In this document: positions 40,686 to 59,883 of the stretch, in pieces
How positions within the stretch are numbered: position 1 is the stretch's first letter
How the letters are laid out: each line of letters starts with the position of its first letter
Source: the human T2T-CHM13v2.0 reference genome, Homo sapiens
NCBI RefSeq assembly: GCF_009914755.1
Contig: NC_060939.1
DNA length: 64,000 nucleotides
Strand: one strand, 5' to 3'
Notes under the pieces: model-generated
The model's input: only the letters and a program-made list of their open reading frames with translations
Databases searched by the model: none
Told to the model about the DNA's origin: nothing
Translations under genes and position numbers: made by a program

Positions 40686-41393
40686 TACTGAGACTGGAGT
40701 AGGCAGTTTTCCCCTCACAGTGTAAACAAAGCCGCCCAGAAGTTAGGACTGGGCAGAGCCCCCTATAGCTCAGCAAAGCTGCTGTAGCCAGACTGCCTCT
40801 CTAGATTCCTCCTCTCTGGGCAGGGTATCTCTGAAAGAAAGGCAGCAGCTCCAGTCAGGGGCTTATAAATAAAACTCCCATCTCCCTGGGACAGAGCACC
40901 TGGGGGAAGGGGTGGCTGTGGGCACAGCTTCAGCAGACTTAAAACATTCCTGCCTGCTGGCTCTGAAGAGAGCAGTGGATCTCCCAATACAGCACTAGAT
41001 TTCTACTAAGGAACAGACTACCTCTTCAAGTGGGTCCCTGACTTGTGTGCCTCCTGACAGGGAGACATCTCCTAGCAGGGGTCGACAGACACCTCACACA
41101 GGAGAGCTTCGGCTGGCATCCAGTGAGTGCCCTTCTAGGATGAAGCTTCCAGAGGAAGGAACAGGCAGCAATCTTTGCTGTTCTGCAGCCTCTGCTGGTG
41201 ATACCTAGGCAAACAGCATCTGGAGTGTACCTCCAGCAAACTCAAGCAGACCTGCAGCAGAGGGGCCTGACTGTTAGAAGGAACACTAACAATCAGAAAG
41301 GAATAGCATCAAAATCAACAAAGAGAACATCCACACAGAAACCCCATCCGAAGGTCACCAACATCAAAGACCAAGGTAGATAAATGCACAAAG

Positions 41394-42404
41394 ATGAGGA
41401 AAAATGTCCAAAAATGCTGAAAATTCCAAAAACCAGAATGCCTCTTCTCCAAAACCTCACAACTCCTCACCAGCAAGGGAACAAAACTGGATGGAGAATG
41501 GGTTTGACGAATTAACAGAAGGAGGCTTCAGAAGGTGGGTAATCACAAACTCCTCTGAGCTAAAGGAGCATATTCTAACCCAATGCAAGGAAGCTAAGAA
41601 CCTTGAAAAAAGTTAGAGGAATTGCTAACTAGAATAACTTTAGAGAAGAATATAAATGACCTGATGGAGCTGAAAAACACAGCAGGAGAACTTCATGAAG
41701 CATGCACAAGTATCAATAGCCAAATCAATCAAGTGAAAGAAAGGATATCAGAGTTTGAAGATCAACTTAATGAAATAAAGTGTGAAGATGTGATTAGAGA
41801 AAAAAGAATGAAAAGGAGTGAACAAATCCTCCAAGAAATATGGGACTATGTGAAAAGATCAAATCTATGTTTGATTGGTGTACCTGAAAGTGACGGGGAG
41901 AATGGAACCAAGTTGGAAAACACTCTTCAGGATATTATCCGGGAAAACTTCCCCAACCTAGCAAAACAGGCCAACATTCCAATTCAGGAAATACAGTGAA
42001 CAATACAAACAGCAACTTCATCAAGAAGAGCAACCCTAAGACCCATAACCGTCAGATTCACCAAGGCTGAAATGAAGGAAAAAATGTTAAGGGCAGCCAG
42101 AGAGAAAGGGCGGGTTACCCATAAAGGGAAACCATCAGGATAACAGCATATCTCTCTATGGAAACCCTACAAGCCAGAAGAGAGTGGGGCCAATATTCAA
42201 CATTCTTAAAGAAAAAAAACTCAGAATTTCATATCCAGCCAAACTAAGATTCATAAGTGAAGGAGAATAAAATCCTTTACAAACAAGCAAATGCTGAGAT
42301 ATTTTGTCATCACCAGGCCTACCATGCAAGAGCTTCTGAAGGAAGTACTAAATATGGAAAGGAAAAACCAGTACCAGCCACTGCAAAAACATACCAAAAG
42401 GTAA
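41394..42404 (+). pseudogene. L1 ORF1p remnant (frameshifts and stops)
   Basis: Fragments NAENSKNQNASSPKPHNSSPAREQNWMENGFDELTEGGFRRWVITN and LEKNINDLMELKNTA...EIWDYVKRSNLCLIGVPESDGENGTKLENTLQDII split over frames. Confidence 0.9.
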
Positions 42405-42464
42405 AGAACATTGACACTATGAAGAAACTGCACCAACTAATGGGAAAAATAACCAGCTAGCATC

Positions 42465-46225
<3,761 letters not shown>

Positions 46226-46567
46226 GCCATGAAAACACATGGACACAGGCAGGGGAGTATCACACACCAAGGCCTGTTTGGGGGTGGGGGGCTAGGGGAG
46301 GGATAGCATTAGGAGAAATACCTAATGTAGATGATGAGTTGATGGGTGCAGCAAACCACCATGGCATGTGTATACCTATGTAACAAACCTGAATGTTCTG
46401 AACATGTATCCCAGAAGTTAAAGTATAATTAAAAAAACCCAGCAAAATTCCAGACTATTAATAGAAATTGGGAAGCAAGTTAAAGTCAATGATTCCTGTA
46501 TAGTGCAGAAAACATTTTCAATAAAGTGTGTTTTATTTTTCAGTTAAACTTCTGGTAATTTATAATC

Positions 46568-46720
46568 AGTGATTTCCAAATGTAGTTGATCATCAGAATA
46601 CCCCAAGGAGCTTTCTAAAAGTGATGTCCAGGGCCAACATGCTATAGTTTCTGATATCTGATTCAAGAGGGAGAGGTGGGCTCTGGGTGTCTGTATTTTT
46701 AATATACTGGATAATTCTAA
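46568..46720. mobile_element. MER5-type DNA transposon fragment
   Basis: cagtgatttccaaa...catcagaataccccaaggagcttt...tctgattca...ctgtatttttaa. Confidence 0.6.
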
Positions 46721-47660
46721 AAGTAGGCAACTCTATGCTACTCATCTGTATAATCTTTTTACCGTCACACTGTCAGATGATTGTGGAGAGATCTTTGTCC
46801 GTCTATGGATGGACAAAGACGTGTTTGTGTGTGAGGGAGATAGAGACATAAAAATAACACACAGAGATAATTCACCAAGAGAAACAGGAAGAAAATGCCA
46901 ACCCCATGGGAGAGGTAGCAAACATTTTTTTCAAAGCATCAGCTAGAGTATTGTTACTTCTCTAGTATATAGTAGAACATATGTAGCAGAACACATGTAG
47001 TAGAAAACAGGAACCAATATAGAAATGAAGCTAGCTAAAACTCTATATTTAGAACTTGAACATTGAAGATTTGTACTCTGAAAGACTGCGAATTCTTTGA
47101 AGTTAATGTAAAAGCCCTCATACAAAGGAATGTCAGCTTAGCCATGGGTGGGTCTAAGACAAATTTGTATGATGTACAAAAGGATTAAAGGAAAATCTAG
47201 AACCTTTGTTACCAAAGAAAGGTGTTCTGGCAGATCCAGGACAAAGAAAATCTCTTTTCCCAGGTCTGTCAAATGATTTTACATATATTTTGTGTCTACC
47301 AGCTATTTGCTTAAGTGAGCACCAAGAGAAATTGTGTATGGTTCCATAGTGTGGGTTCATTCACACAGGGACAATGCTGTCTAAATACCTTTGGTCCTAA
47401 CTACAAAGGTTCTTTCAGGAAGTATCAACTTCAGCCAGATGGAACCGGCCAACAACTGAAGCCTCAAACATGGTGGCCAAAGTGAGTAGTGGACATGAGT
47501 TATGCCCTGCCTAAATGCAGCCTTAAGGCTGTTCTGCTGTAAGAATACATTATAATATAAATGCACACATTAGTTGAAATCCTTTGTGGATCATATCCTA
47601 AAGCTGCCCAAGTGGGGCTGCTTAACTATTTATTTTGTCCACTATGTTATGTGTTTTGCA

Positions 47661-47958
47661 TTTTATTTATTTATTAAGAGATGGAGTCTCACTCTGTCAC
47701 CCAGGCTGGAGTGCAATGGCACCATCTTGGTTCACTGCAACCTCCGCCTCCCTTTTCAAGTGTTTCTCCTGCCTCAGCCTCCCAAGTAGCTGAGATTATG
47801 AGTGCACACCACCACTCCCAGCTAATTTTTGTACTTTTAGTAGAGTCAGGGTTTTGCCCTGTTGACCAGGCTGGTCTTGAACTCCTGACCTCAGGTGATC
47901 CGCCTGCCTCGGCCTCCGAAAGTGCTGAGATTACAGGCATGAGCCACTGCACCTGGCC
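47661..47958 (-). mobile_element. AluS
   Basis: Antisense dimeric Alu with (TTTA)n tail. Confidence 0.95.
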
Positions 47959-48502
47959 TTGTTTTATTTAATTTGAGTCAAATGGAGATCACCTAAAGAA
48001 AAAAAAATTGACTTCATGTTTTCTTTGTCACCAAATGACTTTGTTTTTGACTGAATTACTGGGGTAGACACTGCATAAAAGTATTTTTTATAGGCAGGAG
48101 GGAAAAAGAGGAACAGTTTGTGAAATGAAATTATAAAAGTTTCATTTTATAAGGGTGACGACAAATGTGCTAGACCTTTTTGTAATGTTCACAGCCGAAA
48201 AACAGAAATTGCATAAGGATGAATATTAGGGTCTTTCATAAGATGTTTTAGTACATACTGTGTGTCATTAATTAGGCAATATTTCTATGAGGTCAAAACT
48301 AGGACATCTCCAGAGTCCTAAATGACATTTCCAGCTTTATGTTGCCATTCAGTGTCTTTTATGCTATTTTATTTTTTTTTCAGTCTGTTTGAAGCATTGA
48401 GACCCACAGTTCATGATAAAATACATTCTTCAATTTTAGTGCATGGTTACAAAAAAAAAAAAAGGACACCTATTGGCATTTAGCAAGGTGACCATTCATA
48501 AA

Positions 48503-48628
48503 GTTTTGACTATTTATAGTAGTTTTCATGAGACAGCCCCAGTTTATATTTGGTTTTCCAGTGTAATTATTTAATAGTATACCAGTTTATTCTCAAAAAC
48601 TGTAGATGATATATTATGTGGCATCCCT
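48503..48628. mobile_element. MER94-like hAT element
   Basis: gagacagccccagttta...tgtaattatttaatag...ctcaaaa...gatgatatattatgtggcatccct. Confidence 0.55.
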
Positions 48629-51107
48629 TAATATAGTTAACAGAGTCACTACTTATTTGACTTTAACACTAGCGGTTTTTGTGCTTGTTTAGGCCTATTC
48701 TTCCCAGCTGTGTCTTCTCCAGGAATTAAAGCTCATGTTCCCAGTCTTTCCTTGGGATCCAAACACTGTGAACATGATAGAAGTTTGCAAAGCTTACGGA
48801 CAAATACCCTCTCCCTTTTCCTTTATTATTCTTGACCTCGTAGAGAGAAGTAACATACAAAATGGGATAGATCTTAAATACGTATTCAGGTATCTCTGAC
48901 CCTCCATTCTGTAGATGATGTAACTGGGATTCAAAGAGGGTATAATGGGTTTAGCCCATGGATGGCTTGTCTCTTAGACCAGCATGCTTTTCAATTTAAT
49001 TAGTATTTAAAAAGGGTCCTAAATAAACTCACTAAAAGGAGGGATCTGAAAAACCAAGCCAACATGAAGGTGGAATTTTACATAAATCCAAATGAAACCC
49101 TGGGTATTTGGAATCCTCATGCAGCACAGCTTTGGGTAGAAAGACTGCTAAACAGAGTAGGACAAGAGGGAGTTCCTGTTGCTCTAGGGTGCCACCTGCA
49201 ATACCTGGGCTCTAGGAACCATTCCTGTGACAGCACAATTAACTATCCCAAAGTAGGGGAAATATATTAAAGAGGAATACTCCAGGGAAGGCAAATACAC
49301 ATCTTCTTATTGATAGTCCTATTTTCCCCCGTCTTTTTTTCTAAATACACGGACTTCTTTAACTTCCATAATCAGAAATAATCTATTTCTCAGAGTCCTT
49401 ATTGTCTATTGGACAAATCCAGTAAAAGATATGCATTGTGTTTTTCATATGTCTTTGTTATTTTATGAGTTGATTTGAGTTCTACCTCTCCTCTGAGAAA
49501 ACCAAACAAGAGGAACTCTGTAATAGGGAAGACTGTGACTAGAATTAAGGACTCATATATTGACCACTGGGGCTGTTAATCATGAGGATGGATCAATAAT
49601 AGAGTTCGCAGAATATCTGAAGGTCATTAATTGTACCTTGGATTTCTACCTTCCTGGAATAAATTAGGAATAAACTGAGTCTTTCCAAAAGCAAAGGAAT
49701 ACATGAAACCCTTTCTTGCTTTGTGAGTAAATAACTTTGCCCTTTTGGAGACTCATGTTCTCATCTATTACAGAAGGAAAGAAAAAATAATGGAAAGGTT
49801 TATGTCCCAGAAGTTCCTGATTCCATGGTGTGTCCCTGACGAGGTGGTGTCTTTGGGACCAGTGCTACTAACAAGTGAATATTGAGAAATAGGATAGACA
49901 CAGGTGGGAAAATATGGCTGCTGGTTTCACAGAAGTTTCCAGAAACACATAGACAATATCCTTTCCCTTCGCTCTGCCTCCTCACAAAGACATTCCAAAG
50001 GGCATCAATTCCTTGGATCACCAGGTCATGAGGACCTTAGGTCTAGAATAGCAAGTAGAGTGCTCTCTCTGTTGGGAGATTCCTATCATACTCCGGATGG
50101 CAAGAAAACAAATATGCAATGGTATCTCTCAGAACTGGTTTAAAACATGCCAAATGTGGGATCTTGGCCTCTGCCTTTCTCCAGGGCCAGTCTTATGGCA
50201 AAACTCCATGGGCTGGGCCTATTCTACCGCATTGAGACCAAGAAAATTCCAAGACTCCACCTTAGCAACACGGACGTATGATGAATAGAAAAGAATAAGG
50301 AAGCTGTGATTTTTCTTCGAAAGTAAAAGTTTTAAAAAATGCATTGAGCATAATAGACTGTCAGCCATGCTATCAAACTTAAAATTATAGCTGGACCCAG
50401 CAGACTCACAATGTAAATCTGACAGGTAGGGCAACAGGCAAGTGTTGCACAAATGCCTCCTGGGACCGTAACTTCAATTCATCTCTGAGGAATCTACATG
50501 AAAGCTCCACTCTCCCTAATACTCATGCCCCTATAATTTCATGCTCTGTTCTCACCATGTGGATGAATACAACCTTGAACCATGTCTACATTTTTCATTT
50601 TATTTCAGGCAAATGAATTCCTTGCAGGACATATTGTATGTGAAATCAGGCATTTTTCTTAACATTGCCTTTGAGCATTGCCACTTATAATTCTAAGAAA
50701 GCCAGAGACATTAAAAGGAACCCAAGGGAAATTCGTAGTTGAAACAAATAACAACAATGCATTGACTTTGATATTCTTTACCCTTGTCCACACTGGCCTG
50801 GAGTTCAGTCAGCTCTTTAGCCTGCAGTGATGAAGCTTGGAGCTGCTTTTCTGGGGGACAGCACAATGGAATAGAGCCTATTTCAATTCCAACATTTTAG
50901 GGTGTCTACACTGATGTAGCCAATCTTTGAATTTCGAAGACATTGCGAATCAAAGCATCGTATCAATGTCATTATATGTTGGAGAGTATACTTAGATAAG
51001 GCAAATTGTACTTTCAGTGCATATGTTTTAGTTGTGATATTTAACATTTTCTTAATAGGATTTACTAAGCACCTTAAAGCAGAATTCAGTGATTAAAGAT
51101 ATATCTC

Positions 51108-51399
51108 AGCCAGGCATGGTGGCTTAGGCCTGTAATCCCAGCAGTTTGGGAGGCTGAGGTGGGTGGATCACGAGGTCAGGAGATCGAGACCATCCTGGCT
51201 AACACGGTGAAACCCCATCTCTACTAAAATACAAAAAATTAGCTGGTCGCGGTGATAGGCACCTGTAGTACCAGCTACTCAGGAGGCTGAGGCAGTAGAA
51301 TGGCGTGAACCCAGGAGGTGGAGCTTGCAGTGAGCCGAGATCACGCCACTGCACTCCAGCCTGGGTGAAAAAGCGCCGTCGCAAAAAAAAAAAAAAAAA
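51108..51399 (+). mobile_element. AluY followed by (TG)n
   Basis: gatcacgaggtcaggagatcgagaccatcctggctaacacggtg; aatggcgtgaaccc; A tail. Confidence 0.95.
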
Positions 51400-51759
51400 T
51401 GTGTGTGTGTGTGTAACTTTTGCCAAGTGCTAGACACTATTCTAGATCTTAGGGAAGCAGTGATATAATCTTATCCTCAAAAGCACACATCAAGCTTGAA
51501 AGAGAGACCCAGAAGAACTAACCACACTGCACATAGGATAGATGCTTTAATAGATGCATCAGTAATTTGCTGTGGAAGCAAAGAAAAGGCACGCTGAGAA
51601 TTAACTTTGCTCTGAACAGTCCACAGGTGATAATTGGGGTTTTAGTGGGGCTTTGAGAGAACAAAGACTTCACAGCACTCACTTTTGAGAATGTGGGTTG
51701 TATTACGTATAACTTTGTGATACATATACATTTTTAAAATGAATTATTAAACTGGTTGT

Positions 51760-51968
51760 TTACTATGTAACAATAAATAGTTTCTAGCATTTTATACTAC
51801 AAAATCTCTTTTAATTCTTGTGACAGTCCTATGGAAGGGGTAATACTAAAATGCCTTATATAGATAAGGAAAGTGAGACTCAGAGATGGTAAGTAACTTA
51901 CTCAAGTTCTCACAGTTACCAAGTGGCGGAGCTGGGATTAGAACCTGGTCTATCTTGCTCCAAAGTCC
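51760..51968 (-). mobile_element. MIR
   Basis: tagataaggaaagtgagactcagagatggtaagtaacttactcaag...gagctgggattagaacc. Confidence 0.8.
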
Positions 51969-53074
51969 CAGTATTTTAATGGACCTGTTTGCTTGTTAGC
52001 AGTGACCTTACTGATTGGCTAACCCTTCGTAAGATCCCACGATGAACCTCACTTCCCAGAACTTGGCCTGAAACCATGACCAGGAGAGATTAGTGCCTGA
52101 CTTGGCATCTGGGGATTCTCTGTTTCTTTCAGTGTCAGTTTCAGTACTCAAGTGGTCTTGGGACAAGTTACATAAAATTGAATAGCCCTACTTTCTTATA
52201 AGTAAAATGAATATAATGTTCCCTTCATTATGAAGTATTTAGTAGGGTAATCTTTAACCTATACACGTGGACAGCTAAGCACACAGTGCTAAGCACAGGG
52301 CACATAATATGGTGTCCACAAAAGTGTCTGTTACCATATACATTTCCGAGTAATTTGCAATAGGGCAATTTGGAGTATCCCAACCTTTGCGCTAATGCCG
52401 TCCACAGTGTCTGCTTCTGTCTCCATAGGACAAAGTGAAAGAACTATGTGTAAAATATTTCTGTAACTTAGACTGACTTTCACACTAATTAGTCTTGGTT
52501 TATAAGCTTTTATTTTACTTTTTGTTACTAATCCTGAGTTATTATGCAATGTCTGGTAAGCCAAAGGATTCCACACGCATTTCTAAATGTTAATGCTTAC
52601 TGAATACACTGTATCAGCTTTTGGACTGAGTTGTGGTCATTTTATTAGGACCCTATTATAGTGCTTATGATGTTATCCCCTCTTTGACTTCTCTGACTCT
52701 ACTACCTTCCTTGACTCCACTTGGTTGAGACTCCCGGTTGCTGTGACATGGGAAAGTCAGTTTTAAATCATCTCAAAGGCTTCCCCTCCCTCCAGCAGAC
52801 CTGAACACCCCAGGGCTACTGGGCTGTGTATTGGCAACACGATAGCTCTGAATCCCCTCTCCAGCCAGCCAGCCCTAGAATCCAGGGACTCACCTGTTAT
52901 CCTCCCATCCTTCTGCTAAGGTGGGGCCCTTGTGATTCTCAGCAACCCAGTTCCCAGGATCAGGTTTTAACTCTGTGGTTCAGGATTCTGTTTGCTAAGG
53001 ACCTGGCATAAGGGCTTGAGTCCAGCTTGCCCTGGGATCCGACCTTCTGACAAACAACTACATACATGTCAAAC

Positions 53075-53540
53075 TGCAATTAATGTAAGCCAATGTTAAG
53101 ACATTTCTATTAAGTAAAGTCCATACTTTATTCAGATGTCTTTAGTTTTTACCTAGGGTATTTTTTGTTCCCAGAATCCCATCCATGACATCACATTACA
53201 TTTGGTCCTCTCATCTCCCTAGGTTCCTCTGGGCCATGGCAGTTTCTTGGACTTTGTTTTTGATGACTTCGATAGTTTTGAGGAGTCCTGGTCAGATATT
53301 TTGTAGAATGACCCTTAATTAGGATTGAGCTAATGTTTTTCTCATGATTAGCCTGTGTTAGTGTGTATTTTTGGGAAGAAGACTGTAGGTGTAAAGTGCC
53401 ATTTTTATTGTATTCTATTAAGAGAGCTATATCAATACGACTTATCACTATTGATGTTGACCTTGCTGAGGTAATGTTGCTGGGTTTCTGTATTGTAGAG
53501 TTACTCTTTTTCCCTCTCATTTTATACTTTACTCTTGCTG
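53075..53540 (-). mobile_element. L1MC/MD-type 3'UTR fragment
   Basis: aaagtccatactttattcagat...gatagttttgaggagtcctggtcagatattttgtagaatg...gatgttgaccttgctgaggta. Confidence 0.7.
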
Positions 53541-54097
53541 GCCAACCTTTTTCACTTAAATAATATCAGGTCACCACCAAGGATAGCAGAGATAAAGGAG
53601 CTTAGATAAAAGCCTGAAGGAGGTAGGGAGATCTAAAGCCTGAGGCTATTCTGCTTTGGGTTTAATTTTTTTCTTGGGTCCAGTGGTGTGAAAAATTGAA
53701 AGAGGTTTTTTTTTGCTTTGAGAACAATGAGGAGCAGCCCCTGGCAGGTGGCTGTAAGCCAGTGTGTCAGCACAGGGGCAGGTTGCACTGACTGGAGTGG
53801 CCCCTGTCCCCATGTCTCCCTCAGGGTTCTGGCAGGGCCTGGCTGCAGGGCTGCTAGGGGCCATGCTGAGGTCCAGTCCTGGTGATCATATCAGGACAAG
53901 CGTGCACATTCAAGATGCTAAGAACAAAGTTCCCAAGGATGACTCAGCTGTGCTCAAGCCAGGGCAAGTCTGATAGGCCGGAGCAGGGTGGATGCAGGAG
54001 CCAAAGGTCAGTGGCCTGGGAGGACTGAGAAGAAGCCACTTCCTGGCCTTAAAAAGATGAGGAGTCTGAATAAATTCCTAGAAGAAGATGAAGCTCC

Positions 54098-54156
54098 TTT
54101 CCTCCTCTTCTTCTTCTTCTTCTCCTCCTCCTTCTCCTCCTCCTCCTCCTCCTTCT

Positions 54157-54193
<37 letters not shown>
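54098..54193. repeat. (CTT)/(CCT) run plus poly-T
   Basis: Directly visible. Confidence 0.9.
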
Positions 54194-54195
<2 letters not shown>

Positions 54196-56554
54196 CATTG
54201 GCCACATAGTTAATGGATGGGTAGAGGAAATTTAAACAGAACCAGGATGATTGCATCATTCTAAATGAGCTTGTTTAGCCCCTTCTAGAAGGAGGAAGGT
54301 GAAGGCCCCTGTTCAGGCTGTTCCCTGGAAATTACGTTGGCATTTCTTGTGCAAGGAAGACTGAATGAAACATTGAATGAAATATATCTGTCTAAGAAAA
54401 CCAGTTGCTCCCAAATCCTGCCCCTTGACTGACAGAGCAGCAACTTTGACCGCCATTCACATTTCTTGGAGAGAGAAGTGTGTCAGGGTCTCTACTTTTA
54501 AAGCCCAGTAGGGATGTTCCCATGAGAACTCTGGCATGCACTGTGTGGCAATTGGTACCTCCAGGGAGGGTGCCCCTCAGTTTAAGCTTCCAGTGTCTAC
54601 TCCCACTCAATCTCCAAGCTTCAGCCTTTCTCTGTGAGATGTGCTAAATTTGTTAATGTATCCACTAATACAATCCAGAAACTAATACTGAGTGAGCGAG
54701 TGAATGAGTAAGCAGAGGCAGGGATGAAATAACAGCATCTTTCTCAAATAACTCTCTTCCTTTCCTTTCTAACTGGAATGTGTCCCTGTGGCCTTTTCCT
54801 CTAAGAGACAGTGATTTACAGAAACAAAAGCTATTGGGACCCAGTTTATAAAATGTTCCTGACTATATTCTACCATCCAGAGTGGAGCACCTGTAATTGA
54901 TCCAGAAATTCTAGTTGATCCAGCCAGTGGAGGAAATTACAGGCATCTACAAACCCAACTGATCCTTTTATCGTGGCTGAAATATTCGATCATTCACTTA
55001 CCTAGTCATTTCAGCTTTCAAAAAATTGAGTCTAGGTAGTTCTCTGACCAAATTAACCTTTTTGATGACTGTGCTAACCATCTGGATTAATCACCGTGGT
55101 GAAAGCTGTTGTCCACACAGAGTTTTACGAGTCTCATTTCCTTTGACCTTTATTCTCACCACCCAGTTATCTGACAACATGTGTCTAAAAAGTGAAAAAA
55201 GGTCCACTTGCTTTACACTGAATTCAATAATGTCTGACCTTGCTCTTCAGCTGTAGAGTATATTGTTTAGATTGTGAAATTGATGAGGCGAGAAGAGATG
55301 CTGAGAGGAAAATAGCTGAAATGCAGGGAGAGCAGATAGTGCAGTTTGCTTACATTTAAATTAACTGATGCTAATTTATTTACTTATTATATTTATGGGA
55401 TGCACCCATTACTTATTAGCCTCTGGATACATGTTAAGAGGATCATAAAAGAGACACTCCTTGTCATTATGGCTAATTAACATTCAAATTGACTAACATT
55501 TAAGCGCTAAGAATAAAATCGGTCATGGGCCAGTCAACATTTTCATCAAATGTCCTTAAATAGAATCCATTAGTCGGTCCCCTCTATTTTTCTACCTGCT
55601 GCCAAAATATCTGACACCAGAGGATGTCAGAGTTGATAAGGGAACTATATCTGTAGCATTGCAGCAACTAATATCAGGTGTGTCTCTGGACTCATGCAGG
55701 GTAGTATGCAAAGCTTGATTAAATGGACATGGCTTCCTCTCAGAAGAGGTTTATAGTCCAGCTGTAATTGATGTAGAAGAAATGAACACAACATTCAGGG
55801 CTTTTATATCCTATTGTTCTGAAGTTGTTTTGCTCACATAGCCGCAGCAATTACTAAAGCTTACAAATTAGGGTGTGTGTCCAATAGTAAGTTTTTCTAT
55901 TGAATATATACGCTGAAAGATCCTTGAGCTATTGTAAATCCATCGAACTGAAATATGTAGGACAGTGAGAAATACTGAATGGACAACTCAGATGGTTCTT
56001 TTCATAATTTCTAGGAGGAAAGGACTAGAAAGGGAAGGAAATACATATTTGTCATTAACCTACCAAGTAAATCTCTACATAAGCACATATGAGTCCCACA
56101 TTAAAATATGTGCATATTAAATTTTCTGTCCCTTTTTCCATTTATGTTCTTGATGTTTTCACTGTTTTAGCTCTGAGTTGAGGTTATGCTGAAGGCAGTT
56201 GGGGGTGACTGAGATCAGGCAGGGAGAAGATAAGCTGTGAATTATGAAGATATTCCACTAAGTATTGTGAGGATTATTGTTACTAGGTGAGAACCAGGGT
56301 GATATTGCCGGATGAGAGTCAATAGTTTCACTTCAATCAGACTTTTGGTAAATTTACATTTTTGAAGAATCCTATGTTTTAAGCCATGAAAGGTGCTCCA
56401 TTTAGGCTAATTTTAAAAGAATAATCTCCATGTGAATCAGAAGTTCAAGCCAAATTAGAGATTTAAGGTTCTGTGTCATTTTATTAAAACTCAATGGGCT
56501 GCTTTAGAATTTGGAGCATCTGAAGTTAATTTTTAGATTGGTCATTCACCTAGT

Positions 56555-56765
56555 GTAGTATATAGGTGAAGCAAATGGGCTCTGGAGCCAGAATTCTTAA
56601 ACTCCCAGGCTAGCCAGAAACCTCGGGTACATTTATTTACCTCTCTGCGGCTCGGATTCCTTCCCAGTAAAGTCGTGAAGATAATAGAATCCATTAATTC
56701 AATGAGATAATAAGGTACAGTGCCTAACACTGTTCCTAGTATATAATAAAGGCTCAATACATCTT
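56555..56765 (+). mobile_element. MIR
   Basis: ggctctggagccaga...ttacctctctgcggctcgg...aatgagataat...gctcaata. Confidence 0.7.
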
Positions 56766-58711
56766 CAGCTATTGTAATTCTAGTTAATTACCAATATATT
56801 ACCAATATATAGCAACACAATAATAATTATTAACAACTATCATTAACTAATCCTATATTAACTTAAATTTCTTCTCACAGTGGTTCATTAGTCCAAGGAA
56901 TATTTAAATTCAGTTTTCTTTCCCTAAGATGGTACTTCAGGGTGATTGCAATGGAGCTTCTAAACTTTCCATTCAATCCCTTTCCTCTCTTTTTTTTTTT
57001 TTTTTTTGTCCCATTTCTTAGTGAAATCCTCAATTCTAAGCCTTGCATGCATATAGAAAATTATTGTCTTACCGCTCTCTGTGGTGGTGGAGAAGGTGTG
57101 TAGGGAGATCTAGTAGCATCCCAGTGAGGGCTAAGCTTAGAGGAAGTCTCATCTCCTACCCAGAACTGTGCCTTGCTAGAGTCAGGTGGGGGAGAAAGGG
57201 CAGGGCTGCAACAAATGAAACACCAAAGAAGAGATTGAAAATAAATAATGAAAGAGGTAAATGTGGAGAATGATAAAATTAAGCTAAGGAAAAAAATAGA
57301 CATAAAGATGGGATAAGTGTGTCTGTTGGGTGTATGGGAGCAAGGTTCTTGTTCAGAATGATAGTCTTATCCAGGATTAGCTTAATGTGCAAGAAGAGTT
57401 TCAGGGCCAGGAAACTCTAGCTCATGCCATCCATTTAATACATAGTTAATGTGTTCCCACTAGGTGACAAGCACTGTGCTAAGCATTGTAAATAGAGTGA
57501 CGAAGACCAGAGACATGACCTTTGCTGCCATAACAATTACACTAAGTTAATGGGAAGACTTATATTAGTGATAATATTTGTTGACAACCATGATTTCAAA
57601 TTTATTATTTTGCAAATAGGCAGAGCAGCAGCTGTTAATGAGGAATAGGGACCAAAAGTTAATTAGTTTAATGGATTAGCTGAGGAAAGACTAAGGATGT
57701 ATAAATACTTTTTTTAGAGAGTGCCTAAGGAACTGCTTATGGTTCTGGAAAATAACTACAGGGCAATAAAGAGTAAGTAATCACCAAAGTTGGGCCTTCT
57801 AGTATGTTTCAAGACTCTGTAACTCACCAAAATAAAACAAACTGGCCTTGCCAAATCTTGAAAAAGCATCATTGTGCAGACGGATTTGAGCAGGACTTTG
57901 TTTTTTTTTTTTGCATCAAATGACTCCAAATTTCTTGGGGATTTTCCATTGAAACTATTTTTAAAGCAGCTTCTCCCCTAGTTGCTATCATCAGAGAGAG
58001 TGGTTTTTATAATTTTATAAGTTAGCTTAATTTGAGGACACTGAGGGTGTGTAAGAAGGTATGGACTAGAGAAGCTAAATAAGAAAGACTGAGAATAAAT
58101 ATTGCTGTCAAATATTCGATAGAATTCTAAATATCTTGGTGTTGTGACCAAAACTCCCCTCTCCGAGTCCTGGTATTTGTAGAAATAATTTTGGCTTTTT
58201 GTGAAGCACTAGCCCAGTGATCAGCCACTTCTTCTCTCCAATAGAGAAAAGAGAAAGGGCTTAAATAAGATTGAGGAGGCACTGCTCCTGCTTCAGAGCT
58301 CCATTATGTTACCATTATGAGACATTTATTGAGCACCATCATTTTAAAAATCAGAGTAAGATGTAGTCCCTTCTTCACAGTCTGGTGCTCTCAAAGAACT
58401 ACCTTATCCTGAACCTTCAATTCATTTTTTTTCCCAATATGCATGCAGTTTCCCCAACTCAGCTGGGTCCCGCCACCTAGTCTGTCACAAGCCCAGCTAA
58501 TCCTAATCCTGGTTGGTGACTAAAGTGCTAGGCCTCTTACAAGAACATCAACAGTTTCATCTAACATGGAGTGAGCACTTCAGGATGGAGGTTAGGCTTT
58601 AAAAAGTGCCAATCCTACCCTTATGAGCTCCCAGTCTCTTCATCTGTCTCCTCCCACCCTTCTGTTTCTATCATGAGTGGCGTGTAGAGTGGATGAGCTC
58701 ATGCCATCTGA

Positions 58712-59103
<392 letters not shown>

Positions 59104-59381
59104 AAGCCTCAGTTTTTTTATAAAGTGGTGAATGTTTTAGGTGGATTTTGAGAAAAAGGCAGGCTAAACTAGGTAAGAGAGATCTGACATGAAATGCTCA
59201 ATATACCTAAGTTCTTATTTTTATTATCTCATTATCTCCTAATACTCCACAATCACATGCTCTGAGCAGATTGGAATACTCTCTTTCTCAGGAATATACT
59301 TTTTCTCTCTCTCTACTCTTTAAAATAACATTCGCTTTATCAGAAATGACCTCCTTATCCCCCAATTCCTCTATCACCATC

Positions 59382-59883
<502 letters not shown>

